64,000 nucleotides of DNA, from positions 1,116,001 to 1,180,000 of the forward strand of contig JBLDXI010000019.1 in the NCBI GenBank assembly GCA_047495785.1, in the 5' to 3' direction. This document shows, one piece after another, positions 1-12,952 of the stretch (the first letter of the stretch is position 1; each line of letters begins with the position of its first letter). The notes below the pieces were generated by a model. That model worked only from the letters and a program-made list of their open reading frames with translations. It was not told the origin of the DNA and did no database searches. This DNA is from Lepidodermella squamata. Lineage: Eukaryota; Animalia; Gastrotricha. The position numbers were made by a program, and so were the translations under genes.

Positions 1-1903
1 GTTGCTCAAAAAGCCAATTATATCTACAACTCGACAGAATTCCACACCCGAGACGGCAGTGTTGGACCATACCGAAATATTCATATAACAATCATGCGGA
101 CTAAGGTATGGCAATCAAATTTTTTACTTGAACCGTCAACAAAATATTAATTTTTCAGATCTATAAAACCGAGTCTGAATTCGCGCAAGCTTTCGATCTG
201 CGACCAAATGAAGTTATCACTAATCTCGATGCAACCAATTTTCTCAATTTGATATCCCGGGCGAATAATGATAAATACTGCGCAGCTTACGTTTTCACCC
301 TACGCGATTTTTCGAGCGGTATTCTCGGCCTGGCCTGGATTGGCTATCCCGACGCTGTGCAAAGAGGTGGTGTTTGTGATCAGTACGGCGCTACGAGAAC
401 CGGCCGGCAGTCTTTGAACACTGGCATAGTCACCTTGTTGAACTACGGCCAGCAGGTGAACCGGCTTGTTTCTGCGATTACTTTCGCCCATGAATTGGGT
501 CACAATTTCGGCGCACAGCACGATAATACGCCCCTGGAACCCGGCCGTGAGCCGGATCCAACGTGTTTCCCTGGTGGCGATGAGGGCAATTACATTATGT
601 ATTCCTCTGCCACTTCTGGTTTGAAGGTGAATAACGAGAAATTCTCGGAATGCAGTCGCGACTCCATCACGCGGAATATCAATGCGATTTTCAAGAATCA
701 AGTCTCGAAAACGAACTGTTTCCGCGATTCTGACCAACCTTTCTGTGGCAACTCAGTTGTCGATCCGGGTGAAGAGTGCGATTGCGGTTTCAAGGACGAT
801 TGTGGCCTTGACTCGAACTGCTGCGGGGCTGCCGATGAGCCTCAGAATAGGTGTCGCTTCAAAAAAGTAGCGGCTACTAGCAAGCGAGCCCAATGCAGCT
901 TGAGTAACGGCGTTTGTTGTGACGTCGATACTTGCGAGTTTATTCCAAGGTCCAGAAGCTATGTTTGCAGGCTTTCAGATGAATGCAACAAGGATGCCGT
1001 GTGCAAGTAAGTAGAGAAAATTTCTATTAAGATGGGCTTCTAATGCATTTGTTTTATTTCAGTGGGGCTAGTGCTCAATGTCCTCGAGGAGTGCCAGAAC
1101 CGGACGGAAAATTGTGTGCAAACCGGACCAAAATCTGTCAATCAGGCGATTGCAGTATATCGAGCTGTGAAATCATTGCCGAAGGCCAATCAACCGGTAG
1201 CAACAAGGGTCCCAAATTCTTCGGCTGTCAATCTGAACGTCCAGCTCATCAGACCAAATACAACAGATCTGAGCTGTGCTATCTTTCATGCAAATCTCCA
1301 TCGACGGGAAAGTGCTATAATTCTATCAATTTGAACTCGCCCGATTTCGACCCGGATTTCTTGAGGTTCCTGCAAGATCACAGCAATAACCAGCCGATTC
1401 AATTGCTGGCCGGTTCGCCGTGTGATAACGACCGTGGCTATTGCGATGTCTTCCACCGATGCCGCCCTGTTAACGCGGATGGTCCGCTTGCGAGATTGAA
1501 AGACATGCTATTCTCCGAGCAAACTATCAGCACTCTTCGGTCGTGGGTTGAAAAGTACTGGTGGGCAGTTGCGTTGATCGGTGTTGGTATTATTGCGTTT
1601 ATGATTGCTTTCGTGAAAATTTGCTCCGTCCACACGCCGTCTGACAATCGCAATCTCCCGCCAGCGAGATCCATCGCTGATACCCTGCGTCGAACTTCGA
1701 TGAAACCAATCGTCTATTTGGTGAATCGAGGCGGTCCTGCGCACGGCCGCGGGCCCGGGCACCGGAGGATGGCGCCCGGTCACCTCGAGGGCGACTTAGT
1801 GCGTCCTCACCGGGCCAGCCAGCCTTCCGCCCCGCCCCTGCCCGCCAATGTTCAAGTCTCTCGGTCTAGTCGGCCTCCAACTTATCAAGAAACGTTCGCT
1901 TAA
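1..1903 (+). CDS. ADAM10: ADAM10/Kuzbanian metalloprotease, 3' part (exons ~1-105, 159-1006, 1063-1903)
   Basis: Zn motif HELGHNFGAQHD, Met-turn GNYIMY, disintegrin CGNSVVDPGEECDCG. ADAM10-type GYCDVFHRCRPVNADGPLARLK, TM WWAVALIG and KICSVHTPS. GT-AG introns join the ORFs in frame. Confidence 0.93.
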
Positions 1904-2771
1904 TATAGCAATCTTTATTGTAGTCTTCTTCTATTTCTTTCAACGCGTTGTACATTACGATATACCATAATTTATACTGTTATACCATCGTTTCTTATTG
2001 AATGAGCCATATTGCTGCATATATCAATGATATTTTCTCATCATAATTGGTTACTACTATTAACGTTATTATTATTATTATTATTATTTAAGATGGGAAA
2101 TCGAAACACCCAAAGCTCGGTGTCTAAATGAATCAAAGAATTGGAAAGTATGTGACATGAAAGGCCATGGATTTCGCGGAAATAACCACCTTATTTTTGG
2201 CCGCAATTTTGTTTATGTTATTTGCAGTATTTAAAGCTGTCGTATGCTGTATTTTGTTAAGGATTTCCGTTTCACGCCTAAGCTTCTTGTCGCTCAACTG
2301 GAAAGGTGTAATAATTCTCTCTGCAGCTTCCTGTCATTTTCTCATTTTGAATCATTGCAATCAATCGATGGTTAACTAGCTGATTTTGAGTTGTGAATTG
2401 GGTTTTTTCCGATTGGTATCATCATTGAGCAACTTGCTCTTGCATGCGCTGTACTAAAAACTTGCCTTCTAAATGGCTAATACAAGGCGCTACAATACAC
2501 ACACATTTTTTGAAATTTCACACAATTTTAAACCGTGTCCATCACCATGTTTCCCAAGCCTGATTGTTCCCATGGTATTCTTCCGTTGTCTGTGTACTTC
2601 TTGTTATACCAGCGTTCGTTTTTAATCTCTGAACAAATTGCTATATATATCTTCTATATTTCTTGTCTCGAAAGGCGTGTTTGAAGGATATATAAATAAA
2701 GCGCTGACAATCTTTTTAATCGATTTCTTTGTCATCTTTTTAGGAAATATTGAGAGAGAGAGAGAGAAACC

Positions 2772-5700
2772 ATGACACAAGAAATTCGATCGCGGAGTTA
2801 CAGAAATGGGACAACGTTGAGTGGTGGCGAGTCGACGGCTCATTTTTACATGAATTTGGGCGCGAATGCTCGCATGCAAGTTGCCCTGGTCGAGGTGATG
2901 CCTGGACCGCCTGAAACCGAAATGGTCGAGCCGAAAAAGCCGAAAAGACCGAAAGCTAGGCTAACGATAGTCGGCCGGCTTCAACCTAACAGAGATGACG
3001 GCACGTTATTCGCGACTGAAATCGATGAAGACGTCCTGCTAGCCGCTAGATCTCGTCTGCAAGCTAAATTTGGCCTTGTAACTTGGGAGCCGAAAAGCGT
3101 CGTCACTGAAAAAATGATGGATGTTATCAATCCGAGGGTAACGTCTTATTTGCATGAAGCCGAGTCGTCGCTAACTTCGAACAAGCCTGAGGTTTGTCTT
3201 CGATTGCTTGTTCGAATCAATCACCTGGATAAGGAAAGATGCGCAAGTCTCGAGAGTCAGATGCGATTCGTCGCCCTTACCGAGTTGTGTGATTTCAAAG
3301 CCGCTCAAGTCATGGCAACTCGGGCTCAATTCCCCGGCGAGCGCCTATCTTGGTGCTATTTCGCTTACGGCCAATCGTTGATGGACGTTGGGCTGTTCAA
3401 CGAAGCGTTGAAAGCATTTACAGAGGCTGCGAAGCTTGAACCGGAGCGAATCGAGCACAAGTTGAAGCAAATCGAGGCGTTGTATCGTATGAAACGATAC
3501 GTAGAGTGCATTGGCATTGTGACTGACCTTCTTCGTGATTACAAGAAGGACAAGCCTCGTGCTGGGGATCTTTTCGTACTGAGAGCGAGACTTCATGACA
3601 TGTTATCTAACGTTAAGGAGGTTTTAAACGACATCAACAGGGTTAGTCTTGAATGATTAAACATTTTAGAACACATTTTGATGATAATAGAAAGGATTTT
3701 AAATAAATATTGGAATTTTCTGATACTGATCAAAGGCAATGAAAATCAAAAGGCGAATAGAACAATCTGTGAGCATTTTTTTCTGCGTAGAGGAGAATTC
3801 ATCGAATTTTGCTTCTCGGCGAATAACTTTGCTTCATTTTGCGGGTAGCAGTTTTTCAGAATTCAATTTTAGTTACGCAGGCAGATGACAAAAAATTAGT
3901 TTTTATTAAAGACTTAGAAAATTTAATAGCATAAAACATAGTATTTTTCATTTTGAATTAATAAAAAATCATAGTAGTTAATTTTTGTTTTGATACATAG
4001 TAGTCCGTAGAAATCACTCATTTCTATGATAATTATTTTTAATTTTTCAGGCTCTGAGAGTGGATTCCGTGCACATGGGCGCTCAGAATTTCCTCCAAGA
4101 ATTTCGGCGTCGGGCGTGTGATATTCGAGATGAAGCTATGGCGATGTACGCTAAAGGCCGATTCCGTGAAGCGGCCGATCGGCTGACTACTTGCCTGGAA
4201 ACGGACGGCGAAAACCCGGAATTTTACCGCCTCCGGGGGTTGGTCTATCGCCGACTCGGTGACTACCGAAAATCAGTCGACGATTTGTTGGAGGCTATGG
4301 CTAAAATGGAGCATTACGCTCAACTGAATGATATACCGAGCGAAACGATGGATGACGCCAGAAGACAGCTGATTCTCCTCCTTAACGATATGTCAATCGA
4401 CTGCTATAATCGCGGTATCTACGACGATGCGATTCGATTACTGGATCGAGCGATTCGTTTCACTAAAGAAGAGATCGCATTCTATGTCAATCGAGGAGGT
4501 GAGTTCATAGCTCATAGATTTATATGATTAAGGAGGTTTTTTATAGAAACTAATTTTTCCCAGTTTGGATTTATCTGAAACAGCGTAATTCAAGATAGTC
4601 ATTAATATTACGTAGACCACCACTCTAGGACTAATGTTGACACATTTTTTTGAAATAATTAGAAGTATTTTTATTTTGGATTAGACATCAGCTGAGTTTT
4701 AAACATTGTAATTTTTTTCTAAGTGTTATGAAACGTCACCGTTTAAAATCGATAGTGTTTACGCTGATTCCTCGCGTTTCGAAGTTTTTCAATTTCAAAA
4801 CCAGTCGGCTGCTGCGTAGTGCTTTTTGCTAAATCTGAAGCGAGTCGGGGTACGCAAAATGCGCGATAGCCTAACACGTCCATGATGCTAAATTTCGGCT
4901 CAACATCGGGGCAAAATGACGTCGTACAGCAATCGGCGTCATATGTGCAGGGCCGCCAGCGATCGTAGCAGAGTGATTTTGTTGGGCCGCTAATTCGAGC
5001 TCCATTTTCAGTAAAAATGTGCTCCGAATTGGTAGTAGGCTCCAAAGTCGCACTGAAAAACGGCGAAAAATATTATTTCAAAAAGATATATTAGTTATTT
5101 TCTCACCTGTCAGAATTATCTGCTGATAAACTTGCCCCTATCAAGCAGACATTAAAGAAAGAAGCTACCAGACCAGCTGTTCTCATTTTTCAGTAGTATA
5201 GCTAGGAAGGAATTGAATGATTTTTTTTTCAAATTTCACGGCTAATAGAAAATTTAGACTAGTACAGCGTCAAGTGCAAGAATTTTTAGCTCAATTTCCG
5301 TGATTTGTCTCAAAAGCCACGTGTGCATGTCTATCTAGTCGTATTGTAATAATTTCCGCTTGGGGAGTTATATTTACGTGAGTAATTCCGGTGTTATTCT
5401 ACCGCCCGCCATTCACAGATTGCTTTTACGCGTTGGAGGATTTCGACTCTGCGCTGAACGATTACGAGCAAGCCGACGAAATTTCGCCCCATAACGAAGC
5501 AATTACGACGCGGATCGTACTGGTGCATTCGCACCGCGGCCTTCTTGCTATGCGCGATCGAAACTTTGCTGACGCTGATATCGCTCTCACGTCCGCGATC
5601 AACGTCCGGCCACATGATTACGACCTAAGAATTGTATGTTTTACCTATTTATATCGTTTAATAAATTTCCTTATTGAACACTTGATTTTGATTGATTTAA

Positions 5701-6812
5701 TATTTGATTCGACAATTTCCATTTTAAAACTACCGTAACGCGTGGATTGTGGGACAGGGTATCGTTAGAAACTTCAGGATTTATTAAATTTATTTTCTTT
5801 CCAATTTCCAAGGGTTGAAATGAAGTTTTTGTATAAAATTATCTGTCCCACCATTTTTCGCTTGATCGGAGTGAAAATCAGTAACAAGAAGTGTGATTTT
5901 GGAATTGCATATTTGTAACAATCAAACATGTTTGAATAAAATTGGACTGAAATTGAAATTGAAATTCGACGATCCGTTTTTCTACATGAATATCCGGCAA
6001 AAAAATCGGATGATTATTTTGAAATTTGCGAGAAATCAGGAACTTGTTGAGGGAAGGCTGATGTTTCAACCTTTGGTTTTGTCAAAATTCTCATCTTGTT
6101 AGGGTAATAAGGCTCTCGTTTAAATTAATTGAAATGACTACAACTCGACTAAAAATGAAATATGCCATTTTTTCTTAAGCTTCGATGTCGAGCTCGGCTA
6201 ATGCTGGGTAACAACAAAGATTCGGCTTATGACATTGTAGCCGCTTTGGTGTTGAATGCCCCGCCAACTGACCCTCACGTCGCGACGTTGCTACCGAGGC
6301 TATTCCCCGGCATGAACGCCGAAGAGGTGCTGGCGAGCGAAACCGGGCAGGTGGTTTTAGCAGAAATGGGAATTCGAAATGTCAACGCCGAATCGGCCCG
6401 CCGTTCGTCGGCGCTTGCTCTCCGCTCGGCGGCCACTCGAGTTAGCATCGGAACTCTGTCGTTCTCAACAGCGGAAGCGCGTCTAATGAATGAAAAACTG
6501 TTGATTTCCGAAGAAATGCACGTGTTGGCGTCGTGTGAAAGCCGCGAAGGCTGGCTGAAATTAGCGGCGAAACTGGCGCCGCGGACTACGAAATGGCGCG
6601 GCACTTCGGAAGGACCGCTCGATCGGCCGCTGAGCAAACCAGGCGTCGCCCGCGTCCAGCCGAATGGCGAAATTAAACTGGTCTCCACGAAAAAGGACTC
6701 TTATGCGTTCAGATGGCAGACTGCGAATGTTAAGTCGCTGAGACAGAAAAAGCGCAAAAATAGCCCGAGAAAATTGGCTCCAATAGACTCGAGTGATATC
6801 AAAACTACATGA
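2772..6812 (+). CDS. Tetratricopeptide-repeat protein, TTC16-like (exons ~2772-3640, 4051-4498, 5419-5632, 6180-6812)
   Basis: Multiple TPR motifs; the spliced junction gives FYVNRG|DCFYALEDFDSALNDYEQADEISP, resembling TTC16 as I recall it. Splice sites are in frame. Confidence 0.8.
4743..5186 (-). CDS. Secreted cystine-knot (ICK-like) peptide precursor nested antisense in intron 2 of the TPR gene
   Basis: Exon 1 (5186-5107) MRTAGLVASFFNVCLIGASLSADNSD is signal-like. Intron GTGAGA..TTTCAG. Exon 2 (5052-4743) is in frame and contains C-x6-C-x5-CC-x4-C-x18-C. Confidence 0.75.
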
Positions 6813-7437
6813 TTCGTGATATTTTTATGAAGAAAAATTGTGATATTCATGACCTTTTATTAATGCTGATCTGAAATTTTATTTCCTAGTTTTACCAATT
6901 TTATTTTTCGCATTTTCTATTGATGAAATAAATAAATTAATTAAAGCGCTTTTTTCGTTTTGCTCGTTTTTTTAATAACTACGACACCCCAATGAACCAC
7001 CGCTGAATCACCTCTGAACAGGATGTAAAACTGGGTCGACAGCAGCATTCTGAGTTATTTCAAATTTCCTTTTTTCTCTGCTCTTTACAACTTCAGCTAT
7101 CAAATAATTGGAAATTACGAATAACAATTTCTAGTTCAAATTGATCTCCGCTAGCATCGCTTCGCGTCAATAAGCGCCGGCTTCTTGAGTAAACACGCCG
7201 CTAAATTTTTTCAAACTCGCTGGCGATAATCGCTTACGTAGCGAGATGCCAGACGCCCCTGTCTTCAAGTTATCATTTACTGAGTGCATCGGTATCTACG
7301 AAACACGTGAATTGTGCCTAGTCATACGCGTGAACTCGGGTTTGCACAGTTGGTGGAGTTTAGAATGGAGATGCTTATATACAATCGCGAGGCTCCGCTC
7401 TAAACTTTATTCCTTCGTTTCTAATTGTCGTTTAAAT

Positions 7438-7873
7438 ATGAAAAAGATGCTCCTTCTCCCTCTCTTGATGGTAGGTTTTCCGCTTACTTGAGATCTGATG
7501 ATATAGATATATATCAATTTAACAGGCTTTCGCCGCTGTGCAGGCCGAGGCTAACTTCGAAGAAGAAGCAGCTCGTGGAGGTTCAATGACTGGTGGCCGT
7601 GAGGCTGGCGTCGAAGAAGAAGCAGCTCGTGGAGGTTCAATGACTGGTGGCCGAGAGGCTGGCGTCGAAGAAGAAGCAGCTCGTGGAGGTTCAATGACTG
7701 GTGGCCGTGAGGCTGGCGTCGAAGAAGAAGCAGCTCGTGGAGGTTCAATGACTGGTGGCCGTGAGGCTGGCGTCGAAGAAGAAGCAGCTCGTGGAGGTTC
7801 AATGACTGGTGGCCGTGAGGCTGGCGTCGAAGAAGAAGCAGCTCGTGGAGGTTCAATGACTGGTGGCCGTTAG
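7438..7873 (+). CDS. Repetitive secreted peptide precursor (6x GGSMTG-G-R)
   Basis: Exon 1 (7438-7470) MKKMLLLPLLM, intron 7471-7525, exon 2 AFAAVQAEANF followed by six EEEAARGGSMTGGR units separated by EAGV. Confidence 0.8.
7559..7870 (+). repeat. 54-bp coding tandem repeat, ~6 near-identical copies
   Basis: Unit gaagaagaagcagctcgtggaggttcaatgactggtggccgtgaggctggcgtc; a degenerate seventh unit follows the stop. Confidence 0.97.
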
Positions 7874-8676
7874 GCTATCTTCGACGAAGTAGCCTGTGAA
7901 GAAAAATTGAATCTTATTCTGAGTGAGGAGCCATCAACCTTTTGCAAGCAGTGCTGGCTTTCTGTTGAGTGGTTCTGTTGAGTGCGAAGAATTATCCATC
8001 AACGTCTCTTGAATTAATAGTTTAATGATACGGCTTTTGGAATAAATAATTATTGGTATTCATCAGCCAGGCCTTAGTTTTTGACCAGTTTCGAAAGTCA
8101 CCTTCAAAGGTAAACGCGTGACATATTGACCAATAATGTGAGCGCGCGCGCGGACGAAATATAGGCGGGCCTGAAGATGTGCTTATATTGCAGTAGAACT
8201 CGGTGCAGCATACATCATACTTTTCTTGGTGTACTGTCGGACTTCTTCTGAAGTGCGAGCTCTACCACGACGAGATCGACATGATACTTCCAGCAACAGC
8301 ATCTCTTGCAAGCAGCATTCTCTTCATGGCCTAGCTGATTGCTTTACAGCTTCAAGCGTCATCAAATGTGCCATAGTCGATCGACTAATCAATCGAACAG
8401 TATTGTTTGGTATATATTTTTGTGGGAAATAAAACATTACCGTGGACCAAGACCCCCAAAATCAACTCCAGATTTTATGCATGTCTTCTTCGTACTACCG
8501 TTGCGATTTCTTTAGCGATTTAGAAAACTTGAAAGTAAAATGCCTATTAATTCAAGTAAAGAATTGCGCGATTCTGCTCGGCAATGTGCTGCTATAATAT
8601 TATTACATGGACTCGCAAGTTGAATAATTTCAATAAAATCACCCATGATCTTTAAGCTTGTTTTTTGAATGGCCGA

Positions 8677-9357
8677 CTATTGTTGAGAGTTGAAGCGATT
8701 AAAGCGATAGAATTGTAGCAAAATTCTAAGAGAGCAGCTGCGGAGACAATTGAAATTTTTTGCATAGGTGACAGTCACGGCAGGTTGAATTGCCTTGCGC
8801 TAAAATAATTGTCAAAAAAATGTTCTTAATGAGGGCGAATTTTCAGGTTAACCGTGTTAAGAGGTAATAACTTGACCCGAACAAAAAGGTTATTCGAGGC
8901 TTGATGCGATAGCCGCTTAACTTTCAAGCAAAACTTAGGTATATACCAGAAAGCAGTTGCATTAAATTCTCTTCCTTTAGTTCAAACTCCGGCAATAGAA
9001 AAAAATGGCTTATGGTATCAATCCGTTCCATCCAGGCAAAAACGATCGGGAAGAAGTGGTGTAAAACTTGGTTGCATGACTCGAAATCTATAAGACTAAT
9101 TGCTAGCAAAGATTTAATTGTTTTAAACTGAAGGCCGGCTTTATTTCAGTTACAGCTTCAGCTGAGATCCTGTCTGAAAATGATGATGATGAGCACGATA
9201 AGGCTTGAAAAGACGTTGGCAAATCCGGATTCAGTATTTGGCGTTGTAATCCGAATTCTTTTGACACCACGCTATATGTTTGGCCTTTGCGAAAATCCAG
9301 GGCCTCTAATAATGATAGAAATAGTAAAAACTTAGTCACTTTTATTGTCATTGTCAT
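8677..9357 (-). CDS. Possible spliced gene of unknown function with hydrophobic N-terminus
   Basis: ORFs 9103-9357 and 8924-9109 can be joined through plausible but weak splice sites; no recognisable domain. Confidence 0.25.
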
Positions 9358-9831
9358 TTTATTTGGTCATGGCTTTTATTGCCACGCCTAACCGCACATT
9401 GTTAGTAACCTAATTTTCAAATAAAACCCAAAGATAAAAAAAGCTTTCGAGAGGGTAAATTACGCTGAAAAGAGTAGACTTAATTATCCAAGCTATCAAT
9501 TGAGGCAAAAACTAAGGTTGACACTGCGCAAACATTCTTGAAGGAACAATCTGGAACAATCACACGACTGATTAAGCAAAAAGAATAGCGAACGGAAGAC
9601 GTTATAGCCTCGTTTAAACACATGATCACACAGATTAGGCTGCCAATATGAACTAGGGTTCAAGTCGTTTTGAAAGCTATTATCTCAACTATCGCCACAA
9701 AGCGTTACGTTGCGAACTTTTCCTCAGCAAATGAATGCTTCTCCTAGGGCTCTGCAGTATCATAGCTCACCATGCTTTTACTCTGGTATGCCAAGAAATA
9801 ATTACTAATTTAATTTTATTAGATTATAAAA

Positions 9832-10940
9832 ATGGTCAGTAATATTTCAGCATTGATATGCTTTCTGCTGGCATTGACGCCTTTCGGTAAGGGAGTTGAC
9901 TTATGGCTTGCCGACTTTTCTCATAATATTGATTTCCATGGAATTTAGTTGCGGAAGCCCAGATGAGCTTCCCTGCCTCAACGACTACAAAGAAATTAGA
10001 GGCGGAAAGAGCACGAAATAGTGAGACTACGCGCCCAACTCCAGCTTCCATGTCAGCGTTTCTTGCAAAGGAGCGCCCAACGGAGCAGCCATCAGAGCAG
10101 CCATCAGGGCGCCCCGACGGGCGCCCAACGCCCCCGCCAACGTTTAAGTATACTCAATCTGCCGATAAAGGTGACAATCAAGAAAAGAAAGGTACAAGTG
10201 GCCCTCCTCCACAAGATGTGAGGGAGTCTAAACCAGTCGGTATATTGGCTACCAAACCTACGAGCTCGATTGCAAAATCGCAAGACAAACCTTCTTCTCC
10301 GGCTAAGCCGAATGAAGATGCCATATTCACCACGCCGAACTTTCGCCGAACTGAAGAAACAAAACCCACCACGCCGAACACTCGCCGAACTGAAGAAACA
10401 AAACCCACCACGCCGAACACTCGCCGAACTGAAGAAACAAAACCCACCAAGCCGAGTCCTAACAAGGAAGGTACAGCAAAAGGTACAACTCCACCAGACG
10501 TAAAAGAGAAACCAGTCAGTATATTGACTACCAAACCCACGAGCTCGATTGCAAAATCGCAAGACAAACCGACTTCTCCGGCTAATCGACAACCAAAAGA
10601 AGAATCCATATTCACCACGCCGACGAACGCTCGCCGAACAGAAGAAACAAAACCCACCAAGCCGGTTCCTAACAAGGAAGGTTCAAAACCCACCGCAAAG
10701 CCAGGGAAAGCCACTGGTACAGTTGAACCCTCAAAGCCGACAAATAAGTCGTCATTTACCAAGCCGAGCAAACCGGCCCCAACTAAGGCGACACCTAAAA
10801 CCCCACTGCCGCCCGTGAAGGCGACCAAGCGAACGACCAAGGCTGGTGATCTAGCGGCCAAGGCTCAGCCGACTACACCCAAAACAACAAAAACAACGAC
10901 GGAGGCTGAGGGTGACAGTGCTGATTTTGATGATCAATAA
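9832..10940 (+). CDS. Secreted Thr/Pro/Lys-rich mucin-like protein 1
   Basis: Exon 1 (9832-9886) MVSNISALICFLLALTPF, phase-1 intron 9887-9948, then VAEA-QMSF... Internal duplication, 39-bp TTPNTRRTEETKP repeats and an acidic tail. Confidence 0.8.
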
Positions 10941-11718
10941 CTTTTTATCAACTTCCCTTGAGAATTCCCTGATGACATTCAACCCGTGCCCCCGGCCCTG
11001 CTTCAATATTGGGCCACATGCATTTGCAGCAACGCTGCCGGCCTCTCCCAACTCAAATTAACAGGGCATACTATAAAAACGAAGAGTGAAGAATGACACA
11101 GCCTGGCCACTTATTATCAACAATCTACATTGGCCATCATCAGTGTTCTCTTTTGTTTTTTAAGTCATCGCAAATTCTGAAGCTGTCGACATGCTAGAAT
11201 AATTTCTAACCAGTCTGATAAGTGCAGCCACTGAGTATATACATTTGAGCAGCCTTATGAGAGATTATCAATTCCCAGTCGATCGCGAGAATTACCGAGG
11301 TTCCACCCGCTTGTCTCAAAGTAGCTCAAAAAGGTTAAAAGATAGCTACACACTACAATAAAAGCGCTCTTAGACGTGCTCTGTCAATGAAGACGCTTTT
11401 GCTTAATAATGTGCTCAATTAATTGATGGAGGTTTACATGGGGCAAACAATCTTGAAGGAGTTACGGATCAATCTGCACGACTAATAAGCTGGAAATAAA
11501 ACATGATGACGTTGCAACAATTAGGCGAACGATGGTTCAGCTTTGACGGTTTTAGCTATTGTCTCGACTAGAGCTCTAATACTATAAGCATTACGGGCTA
11601 GTGTCCTGTCTTCAATTTGAAAGCTAAATATTTAGACTTCAGTGGAAGGCCAAGCTGAAGGCAATGCTGCTTCGCGTACAGATTGCTCATTATTTCCCAT
11701 TCCTTATAGACTGTTAGA

Positions 11719-12772
11719 ATGTCAAGTTACACTTCGGCGTTATTTCACGTTTTTGTGGCATTAGCTGCGTGTGGTAGGTGAGGCAGCGTGCCCTTTGCAG
11801 CATTCTATTACATTTCTATATCTATCGAATACAGTAGCGGATGCTGAAAAACCAAGCAGCGCTCCAAGCCTCGGGGCAACGACTCGGAAACCAGAGGGGA
11901 CTACAGGATTCAAAGTCAGCCAAACATACCTGCCGTTTTCTACAATTAAATATTCAGGATCAACGGTAGCTCCGAAACGAGCAGACAGTGATGCGAAAGC
12001 CATAACAACTACCTGGAGACCAGAGGGGAGCATGGGAACAGGCAAAGATGGAGTCACGCGCCCAACTCAATCTTACCCAGCATTTACTACGACCAGAAAT
12101 TCCGGAACAGAGAGGTCAACAGCTTTCTATACAACGGCTGTTCCGAAGCGAAGCAGTGATCCGAACATCTTATCCACAACATTAATGAGGAAACAAGAGA
12201 ATACTTCCGCGCGCCCAGCTACAACTAACCTACCCGAAAGAAAGCTTTCAACTGGCAGACCCAGTGAAACTGTGAGCTACAAGCCAAGCTGGCCTACAAC
12301 AAAGTCAGGCAATTATTCTGGCAAACCTGAAAACCAAGCTCGGATAGCTTCAACTTCTTCCCCGCTAAATAAAGGCGCTACGAATTCATCGAAGTCAAGC
12401 TCGACAGACAAAGCACCGGGCGCAGGCAAAACAATGAGCAGTCTGCCACCGACACCTAAGGATAAAGGAGGTAACCACGGCAAGTCGGCAAGTAACTTAT
12501 CTACAGGCAGGACAACCCCAACAGCACGTCCCAAGGCCAGCCCTTCTGCAAACCCGAGTGGAACGAAGACTACAAAGGAAGCTGTTAAATTGACACGTCG
12601 CCCTAAATCGACAACTCCTTCAACAGCAAGATTGACCTCACAAATAACGACGAAAGCGGGCTCTCGTGCGAACTCAGGCCAGGTTAAGCCCAGTACCAGC
12701 ACAGTTAGGCCCAATGCTCCTGGTGGAAACGGTAACGACGAGGACATTGAGGAGCAGAGCGAGGAATGGTAG
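11719..12772 (+). CDS. Secreted Thr/Ser/Pro/Lys-rich mucin-like protein 2 (paralog of 9832-10940)
   Basis: Exon 1 (11719-11773) MSSYTSALFHVFVALAAC, phase-1 intron 11774-11834, then VADA-EKP...; acidic tail DEDIEEQSEEW; AATAAA at ~12865. Confidence 0.8.
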
Positions 12773-12952
12773 TTAATTTATCGGGATCATTCCCTGAAAA
12801 ACCCGCTCTAAAAAACCCGACTGATGAAGGTGCAGCCTCGCTGTAAAAATCAGACACCAAACCCAATAAATAACTTTTATTCAGTAACTTGCAGATAAAT
12901 TATATTCTTATTTTTGACACCGAGAGGTAAAAGATCAGCAAAATTGTTAGGT

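Noticed and set aside
2566-2579. RFX X-box-like GTTCCCATGGTATT upstream of the TPR gene
   Set aside because: Imperfect second half-site; a chance match cannot be excluded.
7551-7856. Antisense repeat ORF and CRISPR-like appearance of the 54-bp repeat
   Set aside because: The units are contiguous with no unique spacers and the context is eukaryotic; the sense strand has the signal peptide and intron.
10021-12747. Alternative-frame and antisense ORFs over the mucin-like genes
   Set aside because: Expected stop-poor frames of Thr/Pro/Lys-rich low-complexity coding DNA.
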